Positions 18,471 through 27,668 of a stretch of 64,000 nucleotides of DNA are shown piece after piece; positions within the stretch are counted from its first letter, which is position 1; each line of letters opens with the position of its first letter. The notes under the pieces were generated by a model that was not told where the DNA came from, searched no databases, and worked only from the letters and a program-made list of their open reading frames with translations. The position numbers and the translations under genes are program-made. Where the stretch lies: assembly GCA_047638715.1 (NCBI GenBank), contig JBLIMK010000007.1, positions 4,265 to 68,264 on the forward strand, written 5' to 3'. This DNA is from Verrucomicrobiales bacterium (GTDB taxonomy: Bacteria; Actinomycetota; Acidimicrobiia; Acidimicrobiales; SHLQ01).

Positions 18471-19364
18471 TCAGGACACGGGCGCAGCGGCGGTACGAGC
18501 GTTTGCGTTGACGAGCACATACACGCCAAACACCACGAGCACTCCACCGACACCCTCGATGAAGCCCAAGACCTCGTCCCGAATCAACCACGCGAAGAAG
18601 ACGCCGAACAACGGGATGAGATAGGCGGTCGAGGCTGCAACGATCGGGGTTGCGCGGGTGACCACGATCACCATGAGTGAGAACGTCAATGCGTTCGATG
18701 GAATGGCGGCGTAGAGCAGCGGCCACAACAACCCGAGTGACCAGTCGGTGCCATCGACACCTTCGACGACCAGCGCGAACGGTACGAGTACGAGCGCCGA
18801 CATCCACAGCTGCACACCCACCAACATGATGGGCGACACCCGCGAGAAGTCTTTCCACTTCATGTAAACCGTGCCGAACGCCCATGCGGCCGCGCTCACC
18901 AGAAGAGAGAGGATTCCGACTGCGGTCGTCTCGCCCCCTAGCGACGGACTCGCCAAGACTGCTGCTCCGACAAACCCGATGATCAATCCAGCTTGGCCAC
19001 GACGGCTCGTCTTCGTGCCGAGTAACGCCAAAGCGAACAACGCCGTGAATAACGGAAGCGTTGCAGAAGCGAGCGAACCCAGTCCGGCGGGCACTCGACT
19101 TATACCGAACAAGAGCAACCCGCTGGATAGGGTCGTAATGCTGAGGCTGACGACCAAAATATTTTTGAGATCGCCGCGATCGGTTGGAAAACGTTCGCCG
19201 CGCAGGCGAGCAAACGCGAGAAGAGCGGCCCCTCCGATCACGGTTCTCATCCCAGCGATCAAGAACGGAGTCGAATGCTCGAGCGCAAACTTGAGTACCG
19301 AGAAGTTCGCCCCGATCAGAGCGGCGATCAGGACGACCGTGGCGAGAATGACCCTCGAACTCAA
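18471..19364 (-). CDS. DMT-superfamily (EamA) transporter
   Basis: 297 aa, about 10 TM helices, two EamA-like halves. The overlapping same-strand ORF 18466..19419 is Arg/Ser-rich junk. The start overlaps the upstream PhyH gene's stop (ATGA). Confidence 0.8.
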   Translation of the reverse strand: MSSRVILATVVLIAALIGANFSVLKFALEHSTPFLIAGMRTVIGGAALLAFARLRGERFPTDRGDLKNILVVSLSITTLSSGLLLFGISRVPAGLGSLASATLPLFTALFALALLGTKTSRRGQAGLIIGFVGAAVLASPSLGGETTAVGILSLLVSAAAWAFGTVYMKWKDFSRVSPIMLVGVQLWMSALVLVPFALVVEGVDGTDWSLGLLWPLLYAAIPSNALTFSLMVIVVTRATPIVAASTAYLIPLFGVFFAWLIRDEVLGFIEGVGGVLVVFGVYVLVNANARTAAAPVS

Positions 19365-20266
19365 CCGAGGATGCCCGGGGTTTCGTCACCAGGACGCACG
19401 ACGTCACAACTTGGATCATCGGTCATGCCGTAACTGGAGAACGGTTTGAAGCCGAGCAGTGCGAGATACTCGTCCGAAGCCACCTTCTTGACCTCGCTGC
19501 GAACGCCGTAGACGTAGTTCGTGAGTTGGCGCATCATCGCCCCACAGAAGTAGGTGGTGATGCCGACCCGAGCACTGTCGGTCACGTTCTGACCAGCGCC
19601 GTGCCACATGCGGGCGTCCCAGGCCACGATCGACCCCGCGGTTCCTTCGCCGACGACCTCGTCGTAGACGCGGTTCGGGTCCGGAAACTGGCCGCTTAGA
19701 TGGCTCCGCGGGACGAATCGAGTAGCGCCGTTCTCCTTCGTGAAATCTGTGATCATCCACATGACGTTCACCGCGACCGGCCCCGTGATCGCTTCGGTAG
19801 ATGGCGTGGGATCGCCCGTGGTGTAAGCGCCGCGCTCGATGTCGCCCTGGCGGATGAAACCAGTACCCGGGACCTGGGGAGATGGCATCCACCACTGATC
19901 GGCGTGCAACGGCATGACCTTGTTGCCGCCGTAGGTGATATGCGCATCGAACGCCGACAACAGGTGATGCGGACCGAGCATGTGCGTAGCGAGATCTCGT
20001 GCGACCGTGTGCAGCGGGAGTTGTTGAAGGAACTCGCCTTTGTTCACCAACTGGTACACCCATTGATTGACGTGATCGCCCTCCGCCTCAGCCATGTACT
20101 CGAAATCGAGGCTCTGCTCGCGCTCGGCTTCTGCCTGGGCCAAGACGCGGTCACGAACAGCGCGTGTGACGTCAGGACTGAGCACGTCGGGAATGATCGT
20201 GAAGCCGTCCGTCTCGAGTTCGGATTTGGCGGTCGCGATCGACGATGAAATTGTCGGCGAGGTCAT
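19361..20266 (-). CDS. phytanoyl-CoA dioxygenase (PhyH)-family Fe(II)/2-oxoglutarate oxygenase
   Basis: 301 aa. GFTIIPDVLSPD, the HADQ metal motif (MPLHADQWW), and WDARMWHGAGQN. Confidence 0.8.
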   Translation of the reverse strand: MTSPTISSSIATAKSELETDGFTIIPDVLSPDVTRAVRDRVLAQAEAEREQSLDFEYMAEAEGDHVNQWVYQLVNKGEFLQQLPLHTVARDLATHMLGPHHLLSAFDAHITYGGNKVMPLHADQWWMPSPQVPGTGFIRQGDIERGAYTTGDPTPSTEAITGPVAVNVMWMITDFTKENGATRFVPRSHLSGQFPDPNRVYDEVVGEGTAGSIVAWDARMWHGAGQNVTDSARVGITTYFCGAMMRQLTNYVYGVRSEVKKVASDEYLALLGFKPFSSYGMTDDPSCDVVRPGDETPGILG

Positions 20267-20343
20267 GCGACATCATCGCTCAAATGCGCCGCCATATCTA
20301 GCTGTCGGCGCCGCGATCATGACTTCTCCAGGCAAGCTGTTTT

Positions 20344-21981
20344 GTGAGCGGCATCGTGATCTCTGAACTTGACTACGCGCACCCCGGTGCAGACTCGTTG
20401 TTCTTCGACATCTCGTTCGGTGTGTCTCCCGGCGACCACGCCGCGATCGTCGGCGCGAACGGCGTCGGCAAGAGCACGATCCTGGGAATCCTGTCGGGTG
20501 AGATCGACCCAGACGGAGGCGAGTTCGCGCTCGCTGGTTCCTTCCTGGCGATGACCCAGGACGTCGGTATGGGACGACCCGACGACTCCTTGCGAGAGAT
20601 GCTTCTCGAGGTTGCATTGCCCGAACTTCGTGAGGCCGGCTTGGACCTCATCGCTGCTGAAGCGGCGCTGGCGGACGGCACCGACGATGGCATGGGTTAT
20701 GCCGAAGCTCTGACGAGGTGGGGCGACCTCGGCGGGTACGAGCTCGAAGCGCAATGGAGTGCAGCCGCCGAACGCAGCGTCAAGACGGCCGTTGATGACT
20801 TCACGACCCGAAAGGTTGGCGAGTTATCCGGAGGTGAGCGAAAACGCCTCGTCCTCGATCTGCTGCTCAACTCTGGTGTCGACATCTTGTTACTCGACGA
20901 GCCCGACAACTACCTCGACATTCCAACTCGGGTGTGGCTTGAAGATCAGATCCGCTCATGTCCCAGCACCATCTTGATGGTGAGCCATGACCGTTCGCTG
21001 CTCGAGCGAGTCGCGACCAAGATCGTCGTGCTCGAGGGATCGGGCTGCTGGGTGCATGGAGGTTCGTATGCGACGTTCCCCGAGGCACGAGCGAAGCGCC
21101 AAGCCCAACTTGGCGACGCCCTCAAGCGTTGGAAAGAAGAAGAGCGTCGGCTTCACGCTCACATGAAGGTGATGAAGGTTCGTGCGGCGCAGAACTTCAA
21201 GAACGCCACAAAGGCGAACGCCGCGGAAACCCGGTGGGAGAAGTTCGTCAAGGCGGGCCCTCCCCCACCCCCCGTGCGCGACGAAAATATTCACGTCAAC
21301 CTCCGCGGCTCAGACTCGGCACGGCGTGTCCTCAATATCGTCGACGTATCGATCGGCGACCTCTTCCTGCCCTTCTCCGACGAGGTGCACTTTGGCGAGC
21401 GAGTTGGACTGATCGGCCCCAACGGAACCGGCAAAACCCATCTTCTTCGCGCGCTCGCCGCCGAGCTCGAACCCGATGAGGGCACGATCGGTCTGGGTCC
21501 TCGGACGTCGATCGGTACGTTCACCCAGGTGAACGACCGCCCTGACTTCCTGGGTCACGAGGCGGTCGAGATCGTCAGGGAACGCCTCCACGACGAGGAG
21601 CAGGCCATGAAGGCGCTCGCTCGATATGGCTTGGCGAATCACGCCCGACAAGAGTTCGAGACCCTTTCGGGTGGTCAGAAAGCTCGACTCGAAGTCTTGT
21701 GTCTCGAACTCGAAGGACACAACGTGTTATTGCTCGACGAGCCGACGGACAACCTTGATATCGACTCATCGGAGGCACTGGAGAAGGCACTCGACGGCTT
21801 CCTCGGCACGGTCATCGCCGTAAGTCACGACCGAACATTCCTCGAGAGCCTCGATCGGTTCATCATGATCAACGATGACGGAGACGTCTACGCACTCCCC
21901 GACTTCGAGATCGCGATGCTCGCGCTCGCGGCCCCTGAAACACTTCGCACGATTCGACTGGCGAAGTCGCTCGTCGACTAG
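20344..21981 (+). CDS. ABC-F family ATPase (two ABC domains, no TM domain)
   Basis: 545 aa, GTG start. First domain: GANGVGKST / LSGGERKRL / ILLLDEPDNYLD. Second domain: GPNGTGKTH / LSGGQKARL / VLLLDEPTDNLD. A charged linker lies between them. Confidence 0.85.
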   Translation: MSGIVISELDYAHPGADSLFFDISFGVSPGDHAAIVGANGVGKSTILGILSGEIDPDGGEFALAGSFLAMTQDVGMGRPDDSLREMLLEVALPELREAGLDLIAAEAALADGTDDGMGYAEALTRWGDLGGYELEAQWSAAAERSVKTAVDDFTTRKVGELSGGERKRLVLDLLLNSGVDILLLDEPDNYLDIPTRVWLEDQIRSCPSTILMVSHDRSLLERVATKIVVLEGSGCWVHGGSYATFPEARAKRQAQLGDALKRWKEEERRLHAHMKVMKVRAAQNFKNATKANAAETRWEKFVKAGPPPPPVRDENIHVNLRGSDSARRVLNIVDVSIGDLFLPFSDEVHFGERVGLIGPNGTGKTHLLRALAAELEPDEGTIGLGPRTSIGTFTQVNDRPDFLGHEAVEIVRERLHDEEQAMKALARYGLANHARQEFETLSGGQKARLEVLCLELEGHNVLLLDEPTDNLDIDSSEALEKALDGFLGTVIAVSHDRTFLESLDRFIMINDDGDVYALPDFEIAMLALAAPETLRTIRLAKSLVD

Positions 21982-23015
21982 GCGAACGCTGGCATCACGT
22001 CGGAGATGAAGAGCTCCATCGATCGTTTCTGTTCGTCCAGCCCGAGGCCCATGCTCGCGTAGTAAATGAACGAATCGACTCCGAGCGCTTCGTAGGTCTT
22101 CAATTTCTCCACGACCTGATCCGGCGTACCGAAGAGCAAGTTTTCGTGCAACGACTGCGTGTTGTAGTCGGGGTGCTTCTCGAGATCGGCCTTCGACGTT
22201 TCGGCAGGGATGCCCTCGGTAACCACGCCATCACCGGCAAAGAGCGTCGTGAACATGCCGAGCTGACGTTGCGCGGCTTTTACTGGCACCATCCACTCGG
22301 CTTCGTCTGCGTAAACCGCAGCGTGTCGCATCATTGCCCACGTTGGCTTCGGCGCATCGGGAGACTTAGCAATGCTCTCGTCGAGCTGCGTGCGGTATTT
22401 CACCATCTCTTCATGGGGCCGAGCAATGGGCCACGACATGATGTTGCAACCGTTCTCAACAGCCCAGTCGAATGTGATCGGCGATCGTGCGGCAACCCAG
22501 ATCGGCGGATGTGGCTCCTGCAGAGGCTTCGGGCATGACGTCGACGTTGGGAACTGCCAGAACTCGCCATCATGGGCATAGTCGCCGGCCCAGAGCTCCT
22601 TGAGAACCGGGAGCATCTCGGCCATGTACTTATAGGCGTCGGACTGTTTGAGGCCTGGACGCATCCGGTCGAACTCGCGCTGGTACGCGCCAGACCCAAT
22701 ACCGAATTCGAGTCGACCCCCACTGATGAGGTCGGTGAACGCCGCTTCGCCAGCGAGGTTGATTGGATGCCAGTACGCAGCCACCGCAACAGCGGTTCCC
22801 AGACGAATTCGCTCGGTGTGCGCTGCCCACCAGGTGAGAATTTGGAATGGGTTCGGCGCGACGGTCATCTCGAGCGCGTGGTGCTCGGCCGCCCAGACGA
22901 TTTCGAACCCCCCTCGATCCGCCATCTGCACCATGTCGAGCGTGTGGGCTTCGACCTTGCTCATATCGATGTCGTGATCGAGGCGTTCAAGATTTATTGC
23001 AAGCTGAAACTTCAT
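21978..23015 (-). CDS. LLM-class (luciferase-like) flavin-dependent oxidoreductase
   Basis: 345 aa. MKFQLAINLERL..., GFEIVWAAEHH and RLEFGIGSGAY are typical of bacterial luciferase-like monooxygenases. Confidence 0.85.
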   Translation of the reverse strand: MKFQLAINLERLDHDIDMSKVEAHTLDMVQMADRGGFEIVWAAEHHALEMTVAPNPFQILTWWAAHTERIRLGTAVAVAAYWHPINLAGEAAFTDLISGGRLEFGIGSGAYQREFDRMRPGLKQSDAYKYMAEMLPVLKELWAGDYAHDGEFWQFPTSTSCPKPLQEPHPPIWVAARSPITFDWAVENGCNIMSWPIARPHEEMVKYRTQLDESIAKSPDAPKPTWAMMRHAAVYADEAEWMVPVKAAQRQLGMFTTLFAGDGVVTEGIPAETSKADLEKHPDYNTQSLHENLLFGTPDQVVEKLKTYEALGVDSFIYYASMGLGLDEQKRSMELFISDVMPAFA

Positions 23016-23024
23016 CTATATCTC

Positions 23025-24521
23025 CTAACGCGGTGCGAACTGGCTGCCGAGTGGTTCACTCGACATGTTGATCCAGACGGTCTTTGGACGGGTGTAGTCG
23101 TACATGGCTTGGAACCCAGATTCTCTGCCGTAGCCCGAACCCTTCATACCGCCGAACTCGGCGACCGGCGAGATCACTCGGTAGGTGTTGACCCACACGA
23201 TCCCGGCCTTGACGGCTTTGGCGACCCGAATCTGTCGGGCCCCGTTCGTCGTGAAGATGCCCGCAGCAAGCCCATGTTTCGTGTCGTTCGCGAGTGCGAT
23301 GACCTCGTCTTCGTCTCTAAATCGAAGAACGGAAACGACCGGGCCGAAGAGTTCGGTGTCGACGATCCGCAGATCTTGACTCGGACACAGGACGATCGTT
23401 GGCTCGTAGAAGAGGCCGTCGAGTCCCTCCGGCCTCTTGCCTCCCGTGAGAATCGTCGCGCCCTCTGTTAGTGCATGTGCTACTTCGCGCTCGCAGTTCT
23501 CGAGCTGACCCACAGTGCACAGCGGCCCCATATGTGAGTTCTCGTCGAGCGGGTCCCCGATCTGAATCGTGTCGATTACCGCCTGCATCTTCTCGAGAAA
23601 CTCATCGGCGATGTCCTCGTGCAGGTACAAACGCGAGCCTGCGACGCAGCTCTGTCCGCTGGCACCGAAGATGCCGCTTACGGAGCCATTGACCGCAGAA
23701 TCGATCTCTGCGTCATCGAACACGATGAACGGCGACTTTCCCCCGAGTTCGAGCGAAACCTCCGCGAAGTTCTCGGCCGAGTTTCTGACGACGTGTTTGG
23801 CTGACTCTGGCCCGCCCGTGAAAGAAATGCGAGCCACGAGCGGATGTGAGGTAAGCGCACGACCACATGGCTCACCGTGCCCGGTGATGATATTCACAAC
23901 GCCGTCCGGGATACCCGCTTCTGCGACGAGTTTGCCGAACTCGAGCATTGCTCCCGAGGCATGTTCTGAAGCCTTGAGGACCACCGTGTTACCTGCCGCG
24001 AGTGCGGGCCCCATCTTTACGGCGGTGAGGAAGAGCTGGCTGTTCCACGGCACGACCGCGGCAACAACTCCGAGAGGCTCGCGATCGGTAAAGACGAAGA
24101 GGTCGGGTTTGTCGATCGGAAGAGTTTCGCCAGCGACCTTGTCTGCTGCGCCGGCATAGAAGTGCAGGTACTCCGAAATGTATTTGGCCTGCCACCGAGT
24201 CTCAGCGAACAGCTTGCCGGTGTCACGGGCTTCGATGGTCCCGAGATTCTCCGACGCATCGGCGAGAAGGTCGCCCAAGTTACGAAGCGTGCGTCCTCGT
24301 TCGCTCGGCGTCATCTTCGACCATGGACCCTCGTTGAACGCGCGATCCGCCGCGCGTACCGCCGCATCGACATCGGCCTCTGTGGCCTCGGGCACCGTGC
24401 TCCAAACCACACCATTCGATGGGTTAATGCTGTCGAAACGTGCGCCATCGGACGCATCGACCCATCGCCCGTCGATGAGCATCTGGTAGTTGACCAGTTC
24501 GTTTGCAATGGTGTCGGTCAT
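23025..24521 (-). CDS. NAD(P)-dependent aldehyde dehydrogenase
   Basis: 498 aa. VVPWNSQL, FTGGPESAKHV, ELGGKSP, and catalytic-Cys region GQSCVAGSR. Confidence 0.9.
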   Translation of the reverse strand: MTDTIANELVNYQMLIDGRWVDASDGARFDSINPSNGVVWSTVPEATEADVDAAVRAADRAFNEGPWSKMTPSERGRTLRNLGDLLADASENLGTIEARDTGKLFAETRWQAKYISEYLHFYAGAADKVAGETLPIDKPDLFVFTDREPLGVVAAVVPWNSQLFLTAVKMGPALAAGNTVVLKASEHASGAMLEFGKLVAEAGIPDGVVNIITGHGEPCGRALTSHPLVARISFTGGPESAKHVVRNSAENFAEVSLELGGKSPFIVFDDAEIDSAVNGSVSGIFGASGQSCVAGSRLYLHEDIADEFLEKMQAVIDTIQIGDPLDENSHMGPLCTVGQLENCEREVAHALTEGATILTGGKRPEGLDGLFYEPTIVLCPSQDLRIVDTELFGPVVSVLRFRDEDEVIALANDTKHGLAAGIFTTNGARQIRVAKAVKAGIVWVNTYRVISPVAEFGGMKGSGYGRESGFQAMYDYTRPKTVWINMSSEPLGSQFAPR

Positions 24522-24525
24522 GAAG

Positions 24526-25350
24526 TCAGTCCTCGGTCTTGTAGGGCGGGTCGGCTTGGCGGACGTTGGCCCGCAGGAAGGTCAAGATTGGGTCGATGAA
24601 GGCGTCTGGGTCTTCGAGCAATCCGAGGTGGCGTCGGTCGGGAACAATAACGGTCTCAGCACCAGCAATCTCGGCTGCGATCGCGTGACTCATCGCCGGA
24701 GTACTTCCGCTGTCGTGCTCACAGGTCATGATTAACGTGGGCGCGGTGATCGCCGGAGTCGGATCGACGAGCTCGATGACCCCATTGGCGAGTACCCATC
24801 GGTTGAGCGCGTAAACGTCGATGTCGTTGTCGAGAACTACGTTGCGAATCATGGCGACGAAGTCGGGTTGTTCCGCTCGGAATGTCGCCGTAAACCATCG
24901 TTCGAGGCTGGCATCGATAGTCGCTGCTGGGCCGCCATCTGCACTGGCTGCGGCGCGTACTTCGACCAGCTGCTGCGCCTCCTCGCCACGCTCGTGCGGC
25001 GAGTTGAGAATCACGAGCGAGTTGACTCGCTCCGGATAATCGATCGCGATTCTGCGATTGATCATGCCTCCGAGCGAGAAGCCGATGATGACCGCTGCCT
25101 CGATGTCGAGTTCGCCCATCAGCGAGATGCACTGCTCGCTGAACAAGGTCAGATCAGGAACATCATTGGGCGGTGGGGTTTGCCCGTGACCAGCAAGGTC
25201 GTACCGCACGACTCGATAACGCTCGGCGAGTTTAGGCATGTGTCCATCCCAGGTCGCACGGGTCATTCCCAGGCCGTGGATGAGCACCACGGGGGGTGCA
25301 TCAGCAGGTCCGGCGATCTCATAGACCGTTCCGTCTGGGGTAGCTCCCAT
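24526..25350 (-). CDS. alpha/beta-fold hydrolase (enol-lactonase-like)
   Basis: PPVVLIHGLGMTRATW and GFSLGG. The ORF track extends to 25413. MGATPDGTVYEIAG (25350) is the more typical N-terminus. Confidence 0.8.
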   Translation of the reverse strand: MGATPDGTVYEIAGPADAPPVVLIHGLGMTRATWDGHMPKLAERYRVVRYDLAGHGQTPPPNDVPDLTLFSEQCISLMGELDIEAAVIIGFSLGGMINRRIAIDYPERVNSLVILNSPHERGEEAQQLVEVRAAASADGGPAATIDASLERWFTATFRAEQPDFVAMIRNVVLDNDIDVYALNRWVLANGVIELVDPTPAITAPTLIMTCEHDSGSTPAMSHAIAAEIAGAETVIVPDRRHLGLLEDPDAFIDPILTFLRANVRQADPPYKTED

Positions 25351-25617
25351 CGTCACGTCGATGAGTCTCGCGCATCTGGCCAGTTTGTGACTATCGAAGA
25401 CATCTGCACACAACGTAGGCGCGCTATGTGGCGCCGCCGCGTCACTACGTAGGCGTCCGTGCTCACACGTGGAGGGGGATTTTCACTGCGCCGTGTCGCG
25501 AAATTGTGCCAGCTCTGTTCATCTCCCGACCGCAGCGGTGTCAGAACTTCCTCGTTTAGGGTTCTTTTGAGGTCGCTCTACTGTTCTCCGCACGGTCCGT
25601 TGAGCACAGTAGAAGAC

Positions 25618-26928
25618 GTGGAACAGTCCCCGGTGAGCCTTTCTGAACGAGTGCTACTGCTCAGCCCGTTCCGCCAGTTCGTGATCGCGGGCTTAATCGG
25701 CATGGTCCTAATCGCTGGTGCCAGCGTGCTGGCATCGGATCGCGCTGGCGAGAGCGAGGCGATGGCCCAGGTTCGCAATCTGACCAAGGTCGTTGCCGTA
25801 ACGGCGGTCGAGCCGAGCCTATCGACCGAACTGATCGAGGGTGACCCAGCCGCCATCGCACGTCTGCACAACATCGTGACCACGCGGGTCCTCGACGACA
25901 AGACGGTTCGCGTGAAGTTATGGGACGCGAACGGAAAGATCGTATTCTCCGACGAACCTCGCTTGATCGGCGAGGTGTACGACCTCGGTCGTGACAAGAA
26001 CGAAGCGCTCTGGTCGGGCGCGGTCGTCAGCGAGATCACCTCGCTCGAAGGCCCCGAGAATCGGTTCGAGGCAGACGCTGGCCGCCTTCTCGAGGTGTAC
26101 CTACCCCTCGATGGACCGAACGGCGAGCCGCTGCTCTACGAGTCCTACTTCGCGATTTCAGCGGTGTCCGATTCTGCAAGCAGAATCCGAGCCGAGTTCG
26201 TACCGATCATCCTCGCCGCACTCGCGTTGCTAGCAGCAATGCACCTCGCCCTCGCCTGGCGATTGAATCGACGGATGCGTCGAGCCCAGCAGGACCGGGT
26301 TGAGCTCTTGCAACGCGCGATCGACTCATCGGACCTGGAACGACGACGCATCGCCGGCGAGATTCACGATGGTGTCGTACAGGATCTCGTCGCGGCCTCT
26401 TTTGCTGCCACCGCTGCAGCTGAAAGCGCTCACCGGTACGATCTCGAAGTCGCCGATGACATCCGTGCGGCCGCGGTCGGCATCCGTCGAAGTCTGCAGT
26501 CGCTGCGGTCGCTGCTCGTCGACATCTACCCTGCGAACCTCTACGAACACGGCCTCGAAGCAGCTCTCGTCGACTTGCTTGCGCCAGCGAGCGGTCTCGA
26601 TATCGAGACGGAGCTAATCGTCAATGGTGACCCCGACGAATCTCCTGAAGCTGTGGCTCTGGTGTACCGGGTTGTACAGGAATCGGTTCGCAACGTCCTA
26701 CGACATTCACAGGCTTCAGCCTTGAAGATCGAAATCGATGCCTCGAGCAAACAGATTCTGGCAACCGTCACCGATGACGGACGTGGCTTCTCCCCTGCAG
26801 ATGCCACCTCTAACGGCCATTTTGGGCTTCGTTTACTCACCGATCTCACCGCCGATGCAGGAGCCGGTTTTCGCATCGATTCGACACCTGACGTCGGTAC
26901 CGAAGTCAGGTTGGAGGTTCCCGCGTGA
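25618..26928 (+). CDS. sensor histidine kinase, NarL-partner type (HisKA_3)
   Basis: H-box RRRIAGEIHDGVVQDL; HATPase region VTDDGRGF...GLRLL. The N-terminal TM is FVIAGLIGMVLIAGASVLA. Start uncertain (ORF opens at 25459; GTG at 25618 chosen). Confidence 0.75.
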   Translation: MEQSPVSLSERVLLLSPFRQFVIAGLIGMVLIAGASVLASDRAGESEAMAQVRNLTKVVAVTAVEPSLSTELIEGDPAAIARLHNIVTTRVLDDKTVRVKLWDANGKIVFSDEPRLIGEVYDLGRDKNEALWSGAVVSEITSLEGPENRFEADAGRLLEVYLPLDGPNGEPLLYESYFAISAVSDSASRIRAEFVPIILAALALLAAMHLALAWRLNRRMRRAQQDRVELLQRAIDSSDLERRRIAGEIHDGVVQDLVAASFAATAAAESAHRYDLEVADDIRAAAVGIRRSLQSLRSLLVDIYPANLYEHGLEAALVDLLAPASGLDIETELIVNGDPDESPEAVALVYRVVQESVRNVLRHSQASALKIEIDASSKQILATVTDDGRGFSPADATSNGHFGLRLLTDLTADAGAGFRIDSTPDVGTEVRLEVPA

Positions 26929-27431
26929 TCAGCGTACTCCTGGCCGACGACCACATATTGGTGCGCTCCAGCCTCGAACGGCTCTTGGAACAGACGGACG
27001 AGATCAAAGTCGTGGGTGTTGTCGAAAGCGGCGAAGCTGCTCTTGAACTCGATGCCCGACTCGAGCCTGACGTGATCCTCATGGATATTTCGATGCCCGG
27101 GCTGAGCGGAATCGAAACGACACGCCAGATTTGCGCAAATCGAAGCGACGCTTCCGTGGTCATGTTGACCGCCTCGACCGACCGAACCCAAGTTCTCAAC
27201 GCACTCGATGCCGGCGCGGTCGGTTACCTCATCAAGGACTCGGACCCCGCCACGCTCATCGAAGGAGTCCTCGAGGCCGCGAGAGGCAATGCACCGCTCG
27301 ATCCACGGGCAGCTCGGGCGCTGCTCGACTCGCGATCGAGCTCTACCCACACGATGACAGCCCGCGAAACCGAGGAACTGCGGTCCATTGCTGACGGACT
27401 TGCCGGCTCGGAAATTCCGAGAAGACAATGA
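26925..27431 (+). CDS. NarL/LuxR-family response regulator with truncated HTH (possible pseudogene)
   Basis: Intact receiver domain (LLADDH, DVILMDISMPGLSG, VVMLTAS, GYLIKD). The LuxR HTH begins (MTARETEELRSIADGLAGSEI) but stops after about 25 residues at 168 aa, where 210-220 aa would be usual. Confidence 0.7.
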   Translation: MISVLLADDHILVRSSLERLLEQTDEIKVVGVVESGEAALELDARLEPDVILMDISMPGLSGIETTRQICANRSDASVVMLTASTDRTQVLNALDAGAVGYLIKDSDPATLIEGVLEAARGNAPLDPRAARALLDSRSSSTHTMTARETEELRSIADGLAGSEIPRRQ

Positions 27432-27470
27432 AGGCACAGCCAGCATCACAACTGACTGACCCGCACATAG

Positions 27471-27613
27471 ATCTCCGTCCCCCAGGATCGACCAAAACGA
27501 GTTGCCGCCCGCACTCATGGTCTGGTCTTGGGGGCCGGAAATAATCTCGGTCCCCAGGATCGACCAAAACGAGTTGCCGCCCGCACTCATGGTCTGGTCT
27601 TGGGGGCCGGAAA
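27471..27613. repeat. tandem direct repeat, two ~72-bp units each with internal dyad symmetry
   Basis: Units at 27471..27541 and 27544..27613 share an identical ~62-nt core: CCCCAGGATCGACCAAAACGAGTTGCCGCCCGCACTCATGGTCTGGTCTTGGGGGCCGGAAA. The arms CCCCAGGATCGACC / GGTCTGGTCTTGGGG are imperfect inverted repeats. Confidence 0.85.
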
Positions 27614-27668
27614 CCTCGCCCCTGATCTGTCGGTCCCTGAGCAGCCGCGGCGGGATTCGCTACCGAAA

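Noticed and set aside
18466-19419. 317-aa ORF overlapping the EamA transporter on the same strand.
   Set aside because: It is an alternative frame of the same region with Arg/Ser-rich nonsense. The 18471..19364 frame gives 10 clean TM helices.
27471-27613. Possible CRISPR array (direct repeats).
   Set aside because: There are only two copies, the units are ~72 bp with essentially no spacer (a 2-9 bp junction), and no cas genes are present in the window.
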